IMG/VR virus record: IMGVR_UViG_3300041405_000148
Span: 89,310-153,309 of that record
DNA: 64,000 bases
From: a virus
Taxonomy: Duplodnaviria > Heunggongvirae > Uroviricota > Caudoviricetes
Strand: one strand, 5' to 3'
Of the stretch, positions 18,857 to 28,005 are shown piece by piece. The first letter of the stretch is position 1; every line of letters starts with the position of its first letter. The position numbers and the translations under genes were made by a program. The notes under the pieces were generated by a model. The model was not told the origin of the DNA. It did no database searches and worked only from the letters and a program-made list of their open reading frames with translations.

Positions 18857-19086
18857 CGATTATTTTTAATAATACAATTCATATTCACTAATGTGAAACT
18901 TCTGCCCTCTTTTGTAATCACTTCAATAACTCTTGTACCGTTGCCGATGATATTATAATCCTTGACATCGCCAGAGAACACTAATGAACCACCAGAATAA
19001 CACTCTATTTCTACAACTGGTAACACCGCACTAACTTGCATTGTAGCCAAAAGTAATGGGAACAGACCAACTTTAAAAAATTTCAT
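18853..19086 (-). CDS. secreted protein (77 aa)
   Basis: Signal peptide MKFFKVGLFPLLLATMQVSA. Confidence 0.45.
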   Translation of the reverse strand: MKFFKVGLFPLLLATMQVSAVLPVVEIECYSGGSLVFSGDVKDYNIIGNGTRVIEVITKEGRSFTLVNMNCIIKNNR

Positions 19087-19096
19087 CGTTTTAACC

Positions 19097-19306
19097 TTAA
19101 AGATAATAAACCGCTGTTACATCATGGCGAGTGCATCCACCGTTGGTAGAGATAGTAACATTTTTGATACCGTATGCAAGATCTTTTTTCAGATACCAAT
19201 CTTCAGCGCCGATACGCTCAAAGCGTCCGCAAACCTTGGCAAAGTAGCGATAATTGCCCGTCTTATCATTCTTAGTCCGACGTAACTCAGAAGTGTAACG
19301 TGTCAT
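19097..19306 (-). CDS. hypothetical protein (69 aa)
   Basis: ORF downstream of the 19351-19387 promoter. Confidence 0.45.
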   Translation of the reverse strand: MTRYTSELRRTKNDKTGNYRYFAKVCGRFERIGAEDWYLKKDLAYGIKNVTISTNGGCTRHDVTAVYYL

Positions 19307-19350
19307 AGTATAACCTCAGGTAATGTTAGGGGTTTATGTTTCTCTTGTTT

Positions 19351-19387
19351 CTGAGTCCTATTATAAGGACTCAGTGACCAAAGTCAA
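19351..19387 (-). promoter_or_regulatory. sigma70 consensus promoter TTGACT-N16-TATAAT with the -10 as the loop of a 9-bp hairpin
   Basis: Minus strand reads TTGACTttggtca CTGAGTCCT TATAAT AGGACTCAG. Confidence 0.65.
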
Positions 19388-19390
19388 CAA

Positions 19391-19597
19391 TTATTTAGTA
19401 AGAAAAGCAGTATTGCAACCAAAATCTTTTTCAAAAAGGTAGCCGTTATATTCTAATGCCAATAGCCAGGAGTTATGATCAAACTCTTTATCAGTAACCT
19501 CGACAAAATCATTGACATTACTTGTTTGTGAAGGTAAGTCAAATTTAATTTTAATCCAGTCGCCACGGCTTATTTCTTGAATTGTTTTTACTTTCAT
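19391..19597 (-). CDS. hypothetical protein (68 aa)
   Basis: ORF. Confidence 0.4.
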   Translation of the reverse strand: MKVKTIQEISRGDWIKIKFDLPSQTSNVNDFVEVTDKEFDHNSWLLALEYNGYLFEKDFGCNTAFLTK

Positions 19598-19837
19598 TTT
19601 CTTATCTCAATTAGGGTAAACAGGTTTAACAACATAGCGCACAGCGCCATAAGCATTATCACGGTTATCGGCTGCACGTGTTGCACCGTTGCGAGTCTTG
19701 CACGTCTTGACGACAAAGCCAGTTTGTGAATCTACAACCTGATAGCTACTTGCTGTTTTCATCTTAGTCCCTAATTAGTTTTTGCTGTTTTGATAAGAAC
19801 AAGTATATGTTATTATTCGGTCAAGTCAATTAATTTT

Positions 19838-20041
19838 TTAATTGCCTGTCCAACTTTTACAAGGACGTGAACTAATATAAACTTTACTACCGTGTTGCAT
19901 TGCATAGCTTGATCGTCTAATTTGAACAAGAGTTAAAAAAGATCTTTTGTTAGAAAAATCAGATTGGTTTATTTCTGCAAGTGTTTTAACAATCCTTTTG
20001 CCCTTGGAATCTGAAGTCTTAACGTTGATAAATTTTTTCAT
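19838..20041 (-). CDS. hypothetical basic protein (67 aa)
   Basis: ORF. Confidence 0.4.
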   Translation of the reverse strand: MKKFINVKTSDSKGKRIVKTLAEINQSDFSNKRSFLTLVQIRRSSYAMQHGSKVYISSRPCKSWTGN

Positions 20042-20050
20042 ATATTTTCC

Positions 20051-20239
20051 TTACCTACCCTGAAGACTGACAACAGTTATTTTTGCCTGCCTTTTCTGAT
20101 AGCGCTCAAAGCAAAAATGTGTTTTATGATCATCTGCTAACAAAGAGCTTAAAATAAAATTAACAGGGCATCCTAACCAAATGGAAACATCAACAGCTAT
20201 TTTTAATTTATTAACCCCGGAAAAATTTTTAATTTCCAT
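20051..20239 (-). CDS. hypothetical protein (62 aa)
   Basis: ORF. Confidence 0.4.
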   Translation of the reverse strand: MEIKNFSGVNKLKIAVDVSIWLGCPVNFILSSLLADDHKTHFCFERYQKRQAKITVVSLQGR

Positions 20240-20481
20240 TTTGCCGCCTTATCACACAAAAAAGATAAAGTAAGCAATAGCCCAAAAAGTAGCAGAGAAC
20301 GCAAGAGCCAGAATCCCGCCCAGCAAGGTCACGCCACGATTAGCACGATCATCAGAGTTTTTAGCCGCGTGAACTTTGTCGAGTGCATTAAAGTCGGTAG
20401 TCATTTTAGATCCTTATTAATTAGATAATGATTCATTTTAAAGTACCCTGATTAGAATTTCAAGATACTTTTGAAAATAAA

Positions 20482-20739
20482 TTATTGCCAGTCTGCCGGA
20501 TCTTCCTTACAAACGTAAACCGGATCATCATTGACTAAGTTTGCAGCCAGTTTTACATCTTCTAAAGATTCTTTTGTCTCAATAGTGACTGCTGGCATAG
20601 ACACATCATCGTGATTTACATCATTATACAGCCGTGCCGGGTCTGCTGCAAGTACTTTAACACTCCCAGATAATACCATTGTATCCAAGACAGAAAGAAG
20701 AGTTGCGGCTGATTTGGTGTAAAGCGTTACGATAATCAT
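20482..20739 (-). CDS. hypothetical protein (85 aa)
   Basis: ORF. The leftward transcription block begins here. Confidence 0.45.
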   Translation of the reverse strand: MIIVTLYTKSAATLLSVLDTMVLSGSVKVLAADPARLYNDVNHDDVSMPAVTIETKESLEDVKLAANLVNDDPVYVCKEDPADWQ

Positions 20740-20919
20740 TTTAAATCCTTAGTTACTTTGTTAAGAGGCGTTTTGCCTTGATGTGATACATAGTAAGGGA
20801 TCATAAATCTGGCGTCAACTACTTTTTAAAATTATTTTCTAAATTATTTTCTTTGGGTTGTTGCTTTCTTTCCTCTATATAGGCACAATAGAACCACACC
20901 AACAGAAGAGGCTTTAAAG

Positions 20920-21462
20920 ATGGTCTTAAATAAATCAAAATTTTTATCTGACAATTATGTCAAAAATCTTTTGTCAACAGGTCGCTGGACGGATCACGGT
21001 TCAGATCTGAATGAATGGTTAGAAGATTGCGAGGAGGTTCCCGAGGCTTATCAAGGCGGGGATATTTTCGATCTAAGTAGTGACGAAAAATTTATCAGGT
21101 TTTTCAAAGACTATCTTTCTGCAAGGTTTGATTATGCGATGAATTATCTTTCCAAAGATTTGGTAGGAGAAGGGCCGCTAAGACTTAACCGGGCAATGCT
21201 AGTTACACAAGATTTCATAGAAAACCTTAAAATTGGCGAACTTTATGATTTTGGTCAATATTGGGCAACGCAGCATACGATCCCATATGGAGCAGAACCT
21301 GATGAACAAAAGCAAGAGTTGTTTTTAGTTTGTCAAGTAGAAAGAAATCAAGTTGACATAGAAAAAACAATGAAGTCTCGTATGGATTACATACATGGAG
21401 ATTATGAAATGGAGATTCAAACAAAGACTAAAGAGAAAGTTAAGTTACTTAGCTTTGATTAA
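20920..21462 (+). CDS. hypothetical protein (180 aa)
   Basis: ORF. Confidence 0.5.
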   Translation: MVLNKSKFLSDNYVKNLLSTGRWTDHGSDLNEWLEDCEEVPEAYQGGDIFDLSSDEKFIRFFKDYLSARFDYAMNYLSKDLVGEGPLRLNRAMLVTQDFIENLKIGELYDFGQYWATQHTIPYGAEPDEQKQELFLVCQVERNQVDIEKTMKSRMDYIHGDYEMEIQTKTKEKVKLLSFD

Positions 21463-21465
21463 GTG

Positions 21466-21494
21466 TTGACGCCAGGCGCAAGCCTGGTTATACT
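21466..21494 (+). promoter_or_regulatory. promoter TTGACG-N17-TATACT with a ccaggc-gca-agcctgg hairpin in the spacer
   Basis: Seen directly upstream of the 21524 gene. Confidence 0.5.
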
Positions 21495-21523
21495 ACCTGC
21501 ACTGAAACAAACGAGGTTTAAAG

Positions 21524-21757
21524 ATGAAACAGTTTTCTTTACTAGTAGCAAAATCCAACTTCCAGTTTAAAGCGCCTGGCGCTAAAGGCCGTGCTGTTAA
21601 GGTTTCTACCGGTGATCGTTTCCTGGTTACTTCCCCGCTTCACTCAAACAATGAAACTGTTTTGATTGCTAGGGAAAAGGGCGCACGCCTTAACGATGGT
21701 TATCGCTTTGCAGTCGATACCCTGGCGAATTACTTCACACAAGAAACAGAGCAATGA
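21524..21757 (+). CDS. hypothetical protein (77 aa)
   Basis: ORF with a ribosome-binding site. Confidence 0.45.
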   Translation: MKQFSLLVAKSNFQFKAPGAKGRAVKVSTGDRFLVTSPLHSNNETVLIAREKGARLNDGYRFAVDTLANYFTQETEQ

Positions 21758-21860
21758 AAACCAATACAGAATTATTGATGAATGCTTTAGGTTGGCAGGG
21801 CGTCCTGGCGGCGATGCAGAAAATAGAATCTAAATAATTGTAGACGGGGGCGAAAGCCCC

Positions 21861-21869
21861 TGATATAAT
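21861..21869 (+). promoter_or_regulatory. extended -10 element TGATATAAT, directly after a GGGGC-GAAA-GCCCC hairpin
   Basis: Seen in sequence. The GC-rich structured segment 21875-22030 lies downstream. Confidence 0.4.
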
Positions 21870-21874
21870 GTCCA

Positions 21875-22030
21875 GACAGTAACAGAACGCCTCTCCAACG
21901 GCGCTAAACCTGGCTAGCATACCGGCAGCGGATGCAAGGTGGATCGCCCGCAACACGTCTTGATAAATTAAAGCCCGGTCACGTGTGTTATTAAATGGCG
22001 GTTGCCGGGTCGCCCCATAGGCGAGTCACT
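21875..22030 (+). ncRNA. candidate structured small RNA (GC-rich island in AT-rich DNA)
   Basis: Local GC-rich segment with multiple potential stems (gcccggtc / gccgggtc repeats). No ORF with a ribosome-binding site. Lies downstream of TGATATAAT. Confidence 0.2.
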
Positions 22031-22045
22031 AGAAAAAATGAGATG

Positions 22046-22215
22046 GTTAGACGTGATCCCATTTTTCATATTTCCTAAAAATCCAGGAAAATTTTTTCCT
22101 ATCACCAAATTTCACGGGAAAATTTTTTACTCTTAGGAAATTTTCGCCGCAAGAAAAAACCTCTTATATAATTTGACACGCAAGAAAAAACGTGCCTGCA
22201 AATTTTGAATTTTCC
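22046..22215. repeat. A/T-tract direct repeats (GGAAAATTTTTT x3, GCAAGAAAAAAC x2)
   Basis: Seen in sequence. Phased A-tracts of this kind are typical of bent origin or regulatory DNA. Confidence 0.5.
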
Positions 22216-22359
22216 ATTTTCCGGGCTAATGAGTTTTGTAAATATTCAAAAAATCGCTTGCTGTCTTTAGTGATTGTGTTATTATACCTGCATAAAGACA
22301 GCGGCGGGGAGAATTGACCCGGAGACAATCACCGGAGCTGGGCGCTATTCCGGTAATAC

Positions 22360-22475
22360 GAATGATTCTCATTCAAATGGATGAATACAAATCAAAATGA
22401 GAATGATTCTTATTAGCATTCAATATCTTGAATGAGAATGACTATCATTTGCAGATGAGAATGATTCTCATTCAA
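22360..22475. repeat. cluster of four palindromic sites of the GAGAATGA-TTCTCATTC family
   Basis: Sites at 22360-22374, 22397-22420, 22430-22450 and 22457-22473. These are the same motifs found at 8401, 8875 and 9060. Confidence 0.6.
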
Positions 22476-22616
22476 CCCAAAAATTTTTATCGGGATCTGA
22501 TTTTGGAGGTACACCCATATTTTCAGAAAAATTTCAAATCTGAAATTCCGAAACCTCCAAAATGCTAATTTGAAATTCCCGCCGGGGCAAATTCTCCGTG
22601 AAAAATAAATTCTGAG

Positions 22617-22625
22617 TGATATAAT
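22617..22625 (+). promoter_or_regulatory. extended -10 element TGATATAAT
   Basis: agTGATATAATt. An identical 12-mer recurs at 22668. Confidence 0.4.
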
Positions 22626-22667
22626 TCATGAGTTTGGGTAAAAATAAGGACAATTACTTTTTAATAG

Positions 22668-22676
22668 TGATATAAT
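22668..22676 (+). promoter_or_regulatory. extended -10 element TGATATAAT
   Basis: Second copy. The downstream 200 nt carry no ORF and end in a ggttgc/gcaacc hairpin. Confidence 0.4.
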
Positions 22677-22917
22677 TTAGTTTGAAAAATTTCAAGGACT
22701 TATTTGAAAATCTTGAGAATAAAGTTTTGGAGAAAATTTCAAATCTGTTTTCAATAAAGTCTAAAAATGCTAGTATTTATTTTCACTTTCAGAAGAAAAT
22801 TGTTGCGGATTCTACTGAGGATATAAAGTGAAAAAGGTTGCCATCTCCAGCAACCTCCAACTTTTCAGGGAAAGGGGTGTCAATTTATTTTAGTGTTTAC
22901 TTTTAAAATATCCTGCC

Positions 22918-23109
22918 TTACTTCCCCTCTATAATTTTAAAATTTACGTAGTCACCTTTAACTTTCAGACAACGGATCTCTTCTTTGGGATCATCTTTAG
23001 GAAACTGTGTCATAAAGTAGCATTGCTCTGGGTTAGTGTATACCCCATCACCTACAGTACCCTGTATTTTTCCATTGACTAATACAACCGCTAGATATAA
23101 TGAAATCAT
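22918..23109 (-). CDS. hypothetical protein (63 aa)
   Basis: ORF. Confidence 0.4.
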   Translation of the reverse strand: MISLYLAVVLVNGKIQGTVGDGVYTNPEQCYFMTQFPKDDPKEEIRCLKVKGDYVNFKIIEGK

Positions 23110-23670
23110 TTTAGCTCCTTAAGTTTAGCTCTGATACGTTTCTTTGAGGCCATTAGCCTTATACCCATGTTAATTTCTGTCTGTCTTTTACTCTGCTGAA
23201 CTTGTTGTGTTATAAAGTATTCATTCCAAGGTACTGCCCCCTTGCGAAGCAGAGCTTCAATATAGGCCCATTGACTGGGATTTAAAAGGGTCTCTTTATC
23301 GTTCAGTTGTTTCATATCCCAATGGAAATTCTCACGATCATAACTGATAGCTTTAATTAGACCGTCGCCCATGTCAAACTCTAACCAACAATCATTAGGT
23401 GTCATGTAGAATCCTACACGATTGTAAACTACTTCGTGCGCCGGGTAGTGTTGAATCAAATCAAACTCGACAGGTTCAAGCCCTTCCTTGGCTCTTCTGC
23501 TGTTCTTCCATTGCCACAAACTTACACTTGTTTGATAGGGGTTAGGTAGAACTTTAAGTTTAGCTCTTTCAACCTCTTGTGGCCCGTTGTAATCCCAGCA
23601 CTTACAACAAATTACACCAGAGGAAGTCCTGCCCTCACTAGGAACCCATTTATGTTCGCATTTAATCATT
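23106..23670 (-). CDS. hypothetical Cys-containing protein (188 aa from ATG 23670)
   Basis: GGAG ribosome-binding site plus ATG (MIKCEHKW...). The longer track ORF overlaps the upstream gene. Confidence 0.45.
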
Positions 23671-23697
23671 TTTACTCCTGTCTCATTTAATCGGCAT

Positions 23698-23991
23698 TCA
23701 GGTAGTTTTAATAGGTGGTACTGTGAACCACTCTGCCCTAACCTCTTCATACTCACGTGGGCCATGTGGACTATAAAAACTACCCTCACCTGGGTTTTCA
23801 ATTTCCCATAACTCAGGTTCAGCTTTAAGTGAAGCCAGAGCAATTTGGTAAACTTTCACCTCTTTAGATAAAAGTGCGATCACTCCGTGAGAATCATTAC
23901 CTAATCTCTTGAAAGCTTCAATGTTTTCTTTTGCAGCTGCAATAGCTTTCTCACAATGTTCAATTAGTTCTTGCTTCTCTTGTTCAGTCAT
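23698..23991 (-). CDS. hypothetical protein (97 aa)
   Basis: ORF. Confidence 0.45.
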   Translation of the reverse strand: MTEQEKQELIEHCEKAIAAAKENIEAFKRLGNDSHGVIALLSKEVKVYQIALASLKAEPELWEIENPGEGSFYSPHGPREYEEVRAEWFTVPPIKTT

Positions 23992-24170
23992 TTTTGCAAC
24001 CTCCTCAGCTCAAAATACCAAGTCTCACGCCGTACCACCTCCCCCCACAACTTTTGAACTGTAGATCGGGCAGACTCGCTTAAGTCATCACTATTATTAA
24101 TTAAATTAAAGACTTCCATCTCCAAAGACCATTCCTCTGAACTGTTTGGGATTAATGGTTTGTTAATCAT
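23988..24170 (-). CDS. hypothetical protein (60 aa)
   Basis: ORF. Confidence 0.4.
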   Translation of the reverse strand: MINKPLIPNSSEEWSLEMEVFNLINNSDDLSESARSTVQKLWGEVVRRETWYFELRRLQK

Positions 24171-24181
24171 ACATAACTCCT

Positions 24182-25060
24182 CTACGCCAACCTTTTAAAC
24201 ATTTTAGCCAACTCTGTTACACTCAGCCCCATTTCAACTGACAATGCACTGATCTTATGCCCAAACTGTTCATCAACAACTGCCATGTTTTCACGTGTAA
24301 CAGGCTTCTCTTTGTCCAAGACGAGCACAAACTTGCTTGCATTATCTAAGACTTTACCTGAGAATGAACACGTCTTACGTCCCAGACGGGCTTTAAACTC
24401 AGCGTAGTTGATTGAAAACTCCATGCCATCTTTGGCTACGATCTCAGCCAGAGTTGCGTAATAACGTGCCACACGAACATCATCTGGAAGTTTGTAGGTG
24501 GTTTTCTTTTGAGTTGGTGCTGGTACGGCTTCGACTTTTGACATTGCTTTCTCCTCAATATTTGTATCTTCAATTTCTTGTTCAAGAATAACGCTTACCA
24601 CTGACTCTTGTAAATCGCTAAAGTGATTTTTGTAGAGATCTGTAGTAGGATTATAATTCATATCTGCCCGATACTTCTGCCTTAAGTGATCAAGATACTC
24701 TGGTGTTAGCTTTGTACGTAGAGCATCCAGGATCTCCAAAGAATCTTTACGGACACGGAAAGCTTTCACGTGACTCTTATCCAGCAAAGAATCCTTCATC
24801 TGGTTAGCTTGTTCACAAGTCAAACATAGATTACCCGGTTCATAACCAAGCTTATCATTAATACGTTCAATGGTTGGGACACGTTTATCTGTGAATGGTA
24901 AGCCTGTGTAATCACAATGACCTGAATTACGCTCAAACAGTACACGTAAGTCATTATGGTCTAAAGAAAACTTAATGCCACGTTTGTTTGCATTTGACAA
25001 TTTAGCTTTGTGCTTAGCATTTAATTTAGTAGTTGAGATTTTCATGTTGTCTCCTTTCAT
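24182..25060 (-). CDS. HNH homing endonuclease
   Basis: HCDYTGLPF...PTIERIND...GYEPGNLCLTCEQANQMK. An HNH motif with Zn-ligand cysteines. Confidence 0.7.
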   Translation of the reverse strand: MKGDNMKISTTKLNAKHKAKLSNANKRGIKFSLDHNDLRVLFERNSGHCDYTGLPFTDKRVPTIERINDKLGYEPGNLCLTCEQANQMKDSLLDKSHVKAFRVRKDSLEILDALRTKLTPEYLDHLRQKYRADMNYNPTTDLYKNHFSDLQESVVSVILEQEIEDTNIEEKAMSKVEAVPAPTQKKTTYKLPDDVRVARYYATLAEIVAKDGMEFSINYAEFKARLGRKTCSFSGKVLDNASKFVLVLDKEKPVTRENMAVVDEQFGHKISALSVEMGLSVTELAKMFKRLA

Positions 25061-25072
25061 GTAGATGTGCTT

Positions 25073-25132
25073 AGATTACCTGATAAAAAGTTTATGTCAA
25101 CCCCTTGACGTAAGAAATCTGTCTGGTAATAT
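25073..25132. promoter_or_regulatory. divergent overlapping promoters (TGTCAA-cccc-TTGACG)
   Basis: Plus strand TTGACG(25105)-N16-TAATAT(25127). Minus strand TTGACA(25100-25095)-N16-TAATCT(25078-25073). Confidence 0.55.
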
Positions 25133-25158
25133 CTCTTCATCAGAACTCAGGAGGTAAT

Positions 25159-25446
25159 ATGAATTTTAAGACTTGGTTTAAATGCTTTAAGAAACAACCT
25201 GAACCACAGCCAGATGATTTCAATCAACAATTCGATGCTTGGTTAGCAGGTAAACTCTTTAAAGGTTCTGAGGAAGTGTACACGTTAGCAGTGAAAGGTA
25301 ATAGAGGTATCGCTGTTATTGAAGGAACATTCGAGTTTCACCAAGAATGGAAGCAAGCAGAAGCACGTAGGGTAGAATTGCAATCAGGCAATCCTGGTGT
25401 TAAGATTGAGATTCGTAAGATTACTTTTGATTATAAATACATTTAG
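25159..25446 (+). CDS. hypothetical protein (95 aa)
   Basis: ORF preceded by a GGAGG ribosome-binding site. Confidence 0.5.
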   Translation: MNFKTWFKCFKKQPEPQPDDFNQQFDAWLAGKLFKGSEEVYTLAVKGNRGIAVIEGTFEFHQEWKQAEARRVELQSGNPGVKIEIRKITFDYKYI

Positions 25447-25648
25447 GAGGCTTTATGATTTTTCTAATTGCAAACATGTTCTTCATGGTATTAGGCCAAT
25501 ACTTCTTTTTGATTGAAGGAAACCAAATCATGGGTTACACTATGATCGTAGCTCAAATCACCTGCCTCTTAGGCAGCTACATTGAAACTAGGTTCTTAAA
25601 TTAAGATGGCTTATCTACTTGCAAACATTCTTTGTGGTGTTATAATGC

Positions 25649-26029
25649 TTGGCACTGTCTACATGTCATTTTGTTGAGGTAAATATGTCTGTTTTTGATG
25701 GTATCGACTTTTCTGTTCTTGAATGCAGCCGGGCAGAAAAGAACATTGCTGATGATTGGGATCGTAAGCACATTACCACACGATTAGAATTTAAAGATGA
25801 AGCAAACCAACTCGTCTTCGCCGTGCGATCAAGTTACACAATATCTGAAGATCTGACGACAATGTTTGAAGAAGCTATCAAAATCTCATGCGACAACTTC
25901 AAAGAAAGCAGCAAGATACGTTTAAGAGTCTTTGGAGAACACTCAGTCTCAAAAGATTTGAAAAAAGACCTGGACATTATCGAAAAACTCTTCCATAATG
26001 CACCCAATGAAGTTAAACGAGTTTACTAA
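25649..26029 (+). CDS. hypothetical protein (126 aa)
   Basis: ORF. Confidence 0.45.
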   Translation: MALSTCHFVEVNMSVFDGIDFSVLECSRAEKNIADDWDRKHITTRLEFKDEANQLVFAVRSSYTISEDLTTMFEEAIKISCDNFKESSKIRLRVFGEHSVSKDLKKDLDIIEKLFHNAPNEVKRVY

Positions 26030-26049
26030 AACCTCTTAAGGAGAACAAA

Positions 26050-26517
26050 ATGGCTATCCCTGATTACTGTGACCCACGTGCTGAAAAGAATTTTACTCGT
26101 GGTTTTGTAGGTAGTTCACATGGTGATAATGGCTCTGCTTACCGTTATAGTTGGGACTCTCAATGTGGGCAAAAGAAAACGACTATGCTTGATCGCTACT
26201 GTGCTTATTGTGGAAATAGGGGTTTACCACTGCAACCCCTTATTGACATTTATAAAGATTATACAGTGCTAGGCCACACTTGCATCTGTAAGGACGCAAT
26301 GGATGAGTTAGAACTCAAAGATGCAGCACATCAAGTGCGAGTTAAAGCTGAAGAAGAGATTCAGGTGCTCAAGGGTAAAATGCCAAAAATAAACCCTAAA
26401 GTTATTAAAACCTTGGTTGAAAATAAATTTAAGAGTTCTTTGAACCATATTGAAAAAGGTTTTTGCTCAGAAAGCATCCTTAATGATTTAAATATTAACT
26501 TAGAGAAAGGGGAGTAA
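26050..26517 (+). CDS. Cys-rich hypothetical protein (155 aa)
   Basis: CxxC...CxC motifs. Confidence 0.5.
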   Translation: MAIPDYCDPRAEKNFTRGFVGSSHGDNGSAYRYSWDSQCGQKKTTMLDRYCAYCGNRGLPLQPLIDIYKDYTVLGHTCICKDAMDELELKDAAHQVRVKAEEEIQVLKGKMPKINPKVIKTLVENKFKSSLNHIEKGFCSESILNDLNINLEKGE

Positions 26518-26520
26518 AGA

Positions 26521-27318
26521 ATGGAAAAGATTGTTAAAATTACACAAGATGATGTTGGACGTGTCGCTGTCAGTGAGAATGGACGCTACCGTGTACGTGT
26601 AAAAGCTGTCAACCATGATCGTTATGCAGTAGTGGAACATTTAATAGAAGCTGATGGTGCTTTAAAGGGAGATATCTCAGCAAATTTTTTATTAGTCCGT
26701 GGTGGGCTTGACATGTTTTGGGAAGATGAGATGAACGAAGAAGTTAAAAAACCTACAACTCCATTTGAAATTTGGTGTGATGTAAATGGTTATGACCCAA
26801 AAGGTGAGTTTGTTTACACAAACGACACAGACGAAAATGAAGTTTGTGGATTCTTTAAGCAAGGTGACATTTTAACACTAGAATCAGATGACAAAACTAT
26901 TTGTCCAGCTTTTTGTAATCAAGAAGAGGTAGTTGCTTATGAGTATTTTGATTTCAACGCGGTTATTTTAAAGCAAAAAGGGAAAAGTAAACCTCGTTTT
27001 CATAAACCACGTAAGAAACCACCTATTCGCAAGAAAACAGATGTGGTTGTGCATTATAAAACAGGGGAGAGTTATACCATTAAGAATGTTGACAGTGTTA
27101 CAATCAACAACACTTTTTCAGAGTTGTCCTCAACTAAGGTGATTGAAAAAGGTATCCGTACTCAGTTGAGTCAGGTTATTGAGAAGCATTTAATTTCAGC
27201 GCTGGTGATTAAAACACCAAAAGGTCATATTGTAGCCACTAACTGCAACAATGATTGGGTTATTAACTCTGGCATGTCATGTGGTGTCTGCTCCCAGTGG
27301 TGTTTTAATGACCTTTAA
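26521..27318 (+). CDS. hypothetical protein (265 aa)
   Basis: ORF. Confidence 0.5.
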   Translation: MEKIVKITQDDVGRVAVSENGRYRVRVKAVNHDRYAVVEHLIEADGALKGDISANFLLVRGGLDMFWEDEMNEEVKKPTTPFEIWCDVNGYDPKGEFVYTNDTDENEVCGFFKQGDILTLESDDKTICPAFCNQEEVVAYEYFDFNAVILKQKGKSKPRFHKPRKKPPIRKKTDVVVHYKTGESYTIKNVDSVTINNTFSELSSTKVIEKGIRTQLSQVIEKHLISALVIKTPKGHIVATNCNNDWVINSGMSCGVCSQWCFNDL

Positions 27319-27350
27319 TTAACTTAGTTATAAATAGAGGAGAATTTAAT

Positions 27351-27827
27351 ATGAGAATGAAAGGTAAGAAAGTCTATTTTAGCTATCGGGATACATTTAG
27401 CTTGGATAGTGTACTTTCCCCAGTGATTTTATCAGCACTGAAGCGATTTAAAGAAGTTGTTACAGACCCAGAAAATGTAGATTACGCAGGGATTCCAGGA
27501 CGTGTTATTCAGGATATGTTCCCAGATGCTGGTTATGACACAACTGAGGAGCAATCAGCCCAAGCTCATGCACGGTGGTTAGAAATCTTAGACCAGATGA
27601 TTTATGCTTTTGACCTAAAAAATGAACCTAGTAGCAGGGATTACAATTTCAAATTCAATCGGTTATTCAGTGACAGCGAAGAGAATTCAATGTACAGGAA
27701 ATTTGATTTATCTGTAGATAACCAAGAAGAGTATGATCGTTATTGCAAAGATACCGAAGAGTACCATAAGAAAGTGCAAGAAGGTCATGAGCTTTTGGGT
27801 CGTTATCTGGCATCACTCTGGTGGTGA
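27351..27827 (+). CDS. hypothetical protein (158 aa)
   Basis: ORF. Confidence 0.5.
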   Translation: MRMKGKKVYFSYRDTFSLDSVLSPVILSALKRFKEVVTDPENVDYAGIPGRVIQDMFPDAGYDTTEEQSAQAHARWLEILDQMIYAFDLKNEPSSRDYNFKFNRLFSDSEENSMYRKFDLSVDNQEEYDRYCKDTEEYHKKVQEGHELLGRYLASLWW

Positions 27828-28005
27828 TAAAAAGTTTAAAATAGTGCTTTACATGACAACATGGATGTTGTCTAATATCACAACCAAATGAAGTAAACAA
27901 ATCACTAAAAATAAGAGGAACTATAACTATGTTTGAACAATCTGTTCCGTGCTTGGTAACCAATTTAAGGCGGCTTCGGTCGCCTTTATTTTATAAGAGA
28001 GGTAT

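Noticed and set aside
21735-21956. 73-aa minus-strand ORF
   Set aside because: Lies in the GC-rich putative ncRNA/promoter region and has no ribosome-binding site. Probably non-coding.
22360-22475. CRISPR-like array of repeated about 17-bp units
   Set aside because: The units are palindromic operator-like sites with irregular 20-35 bp spacing and no unique spacers of constant length. No cas genes are present.
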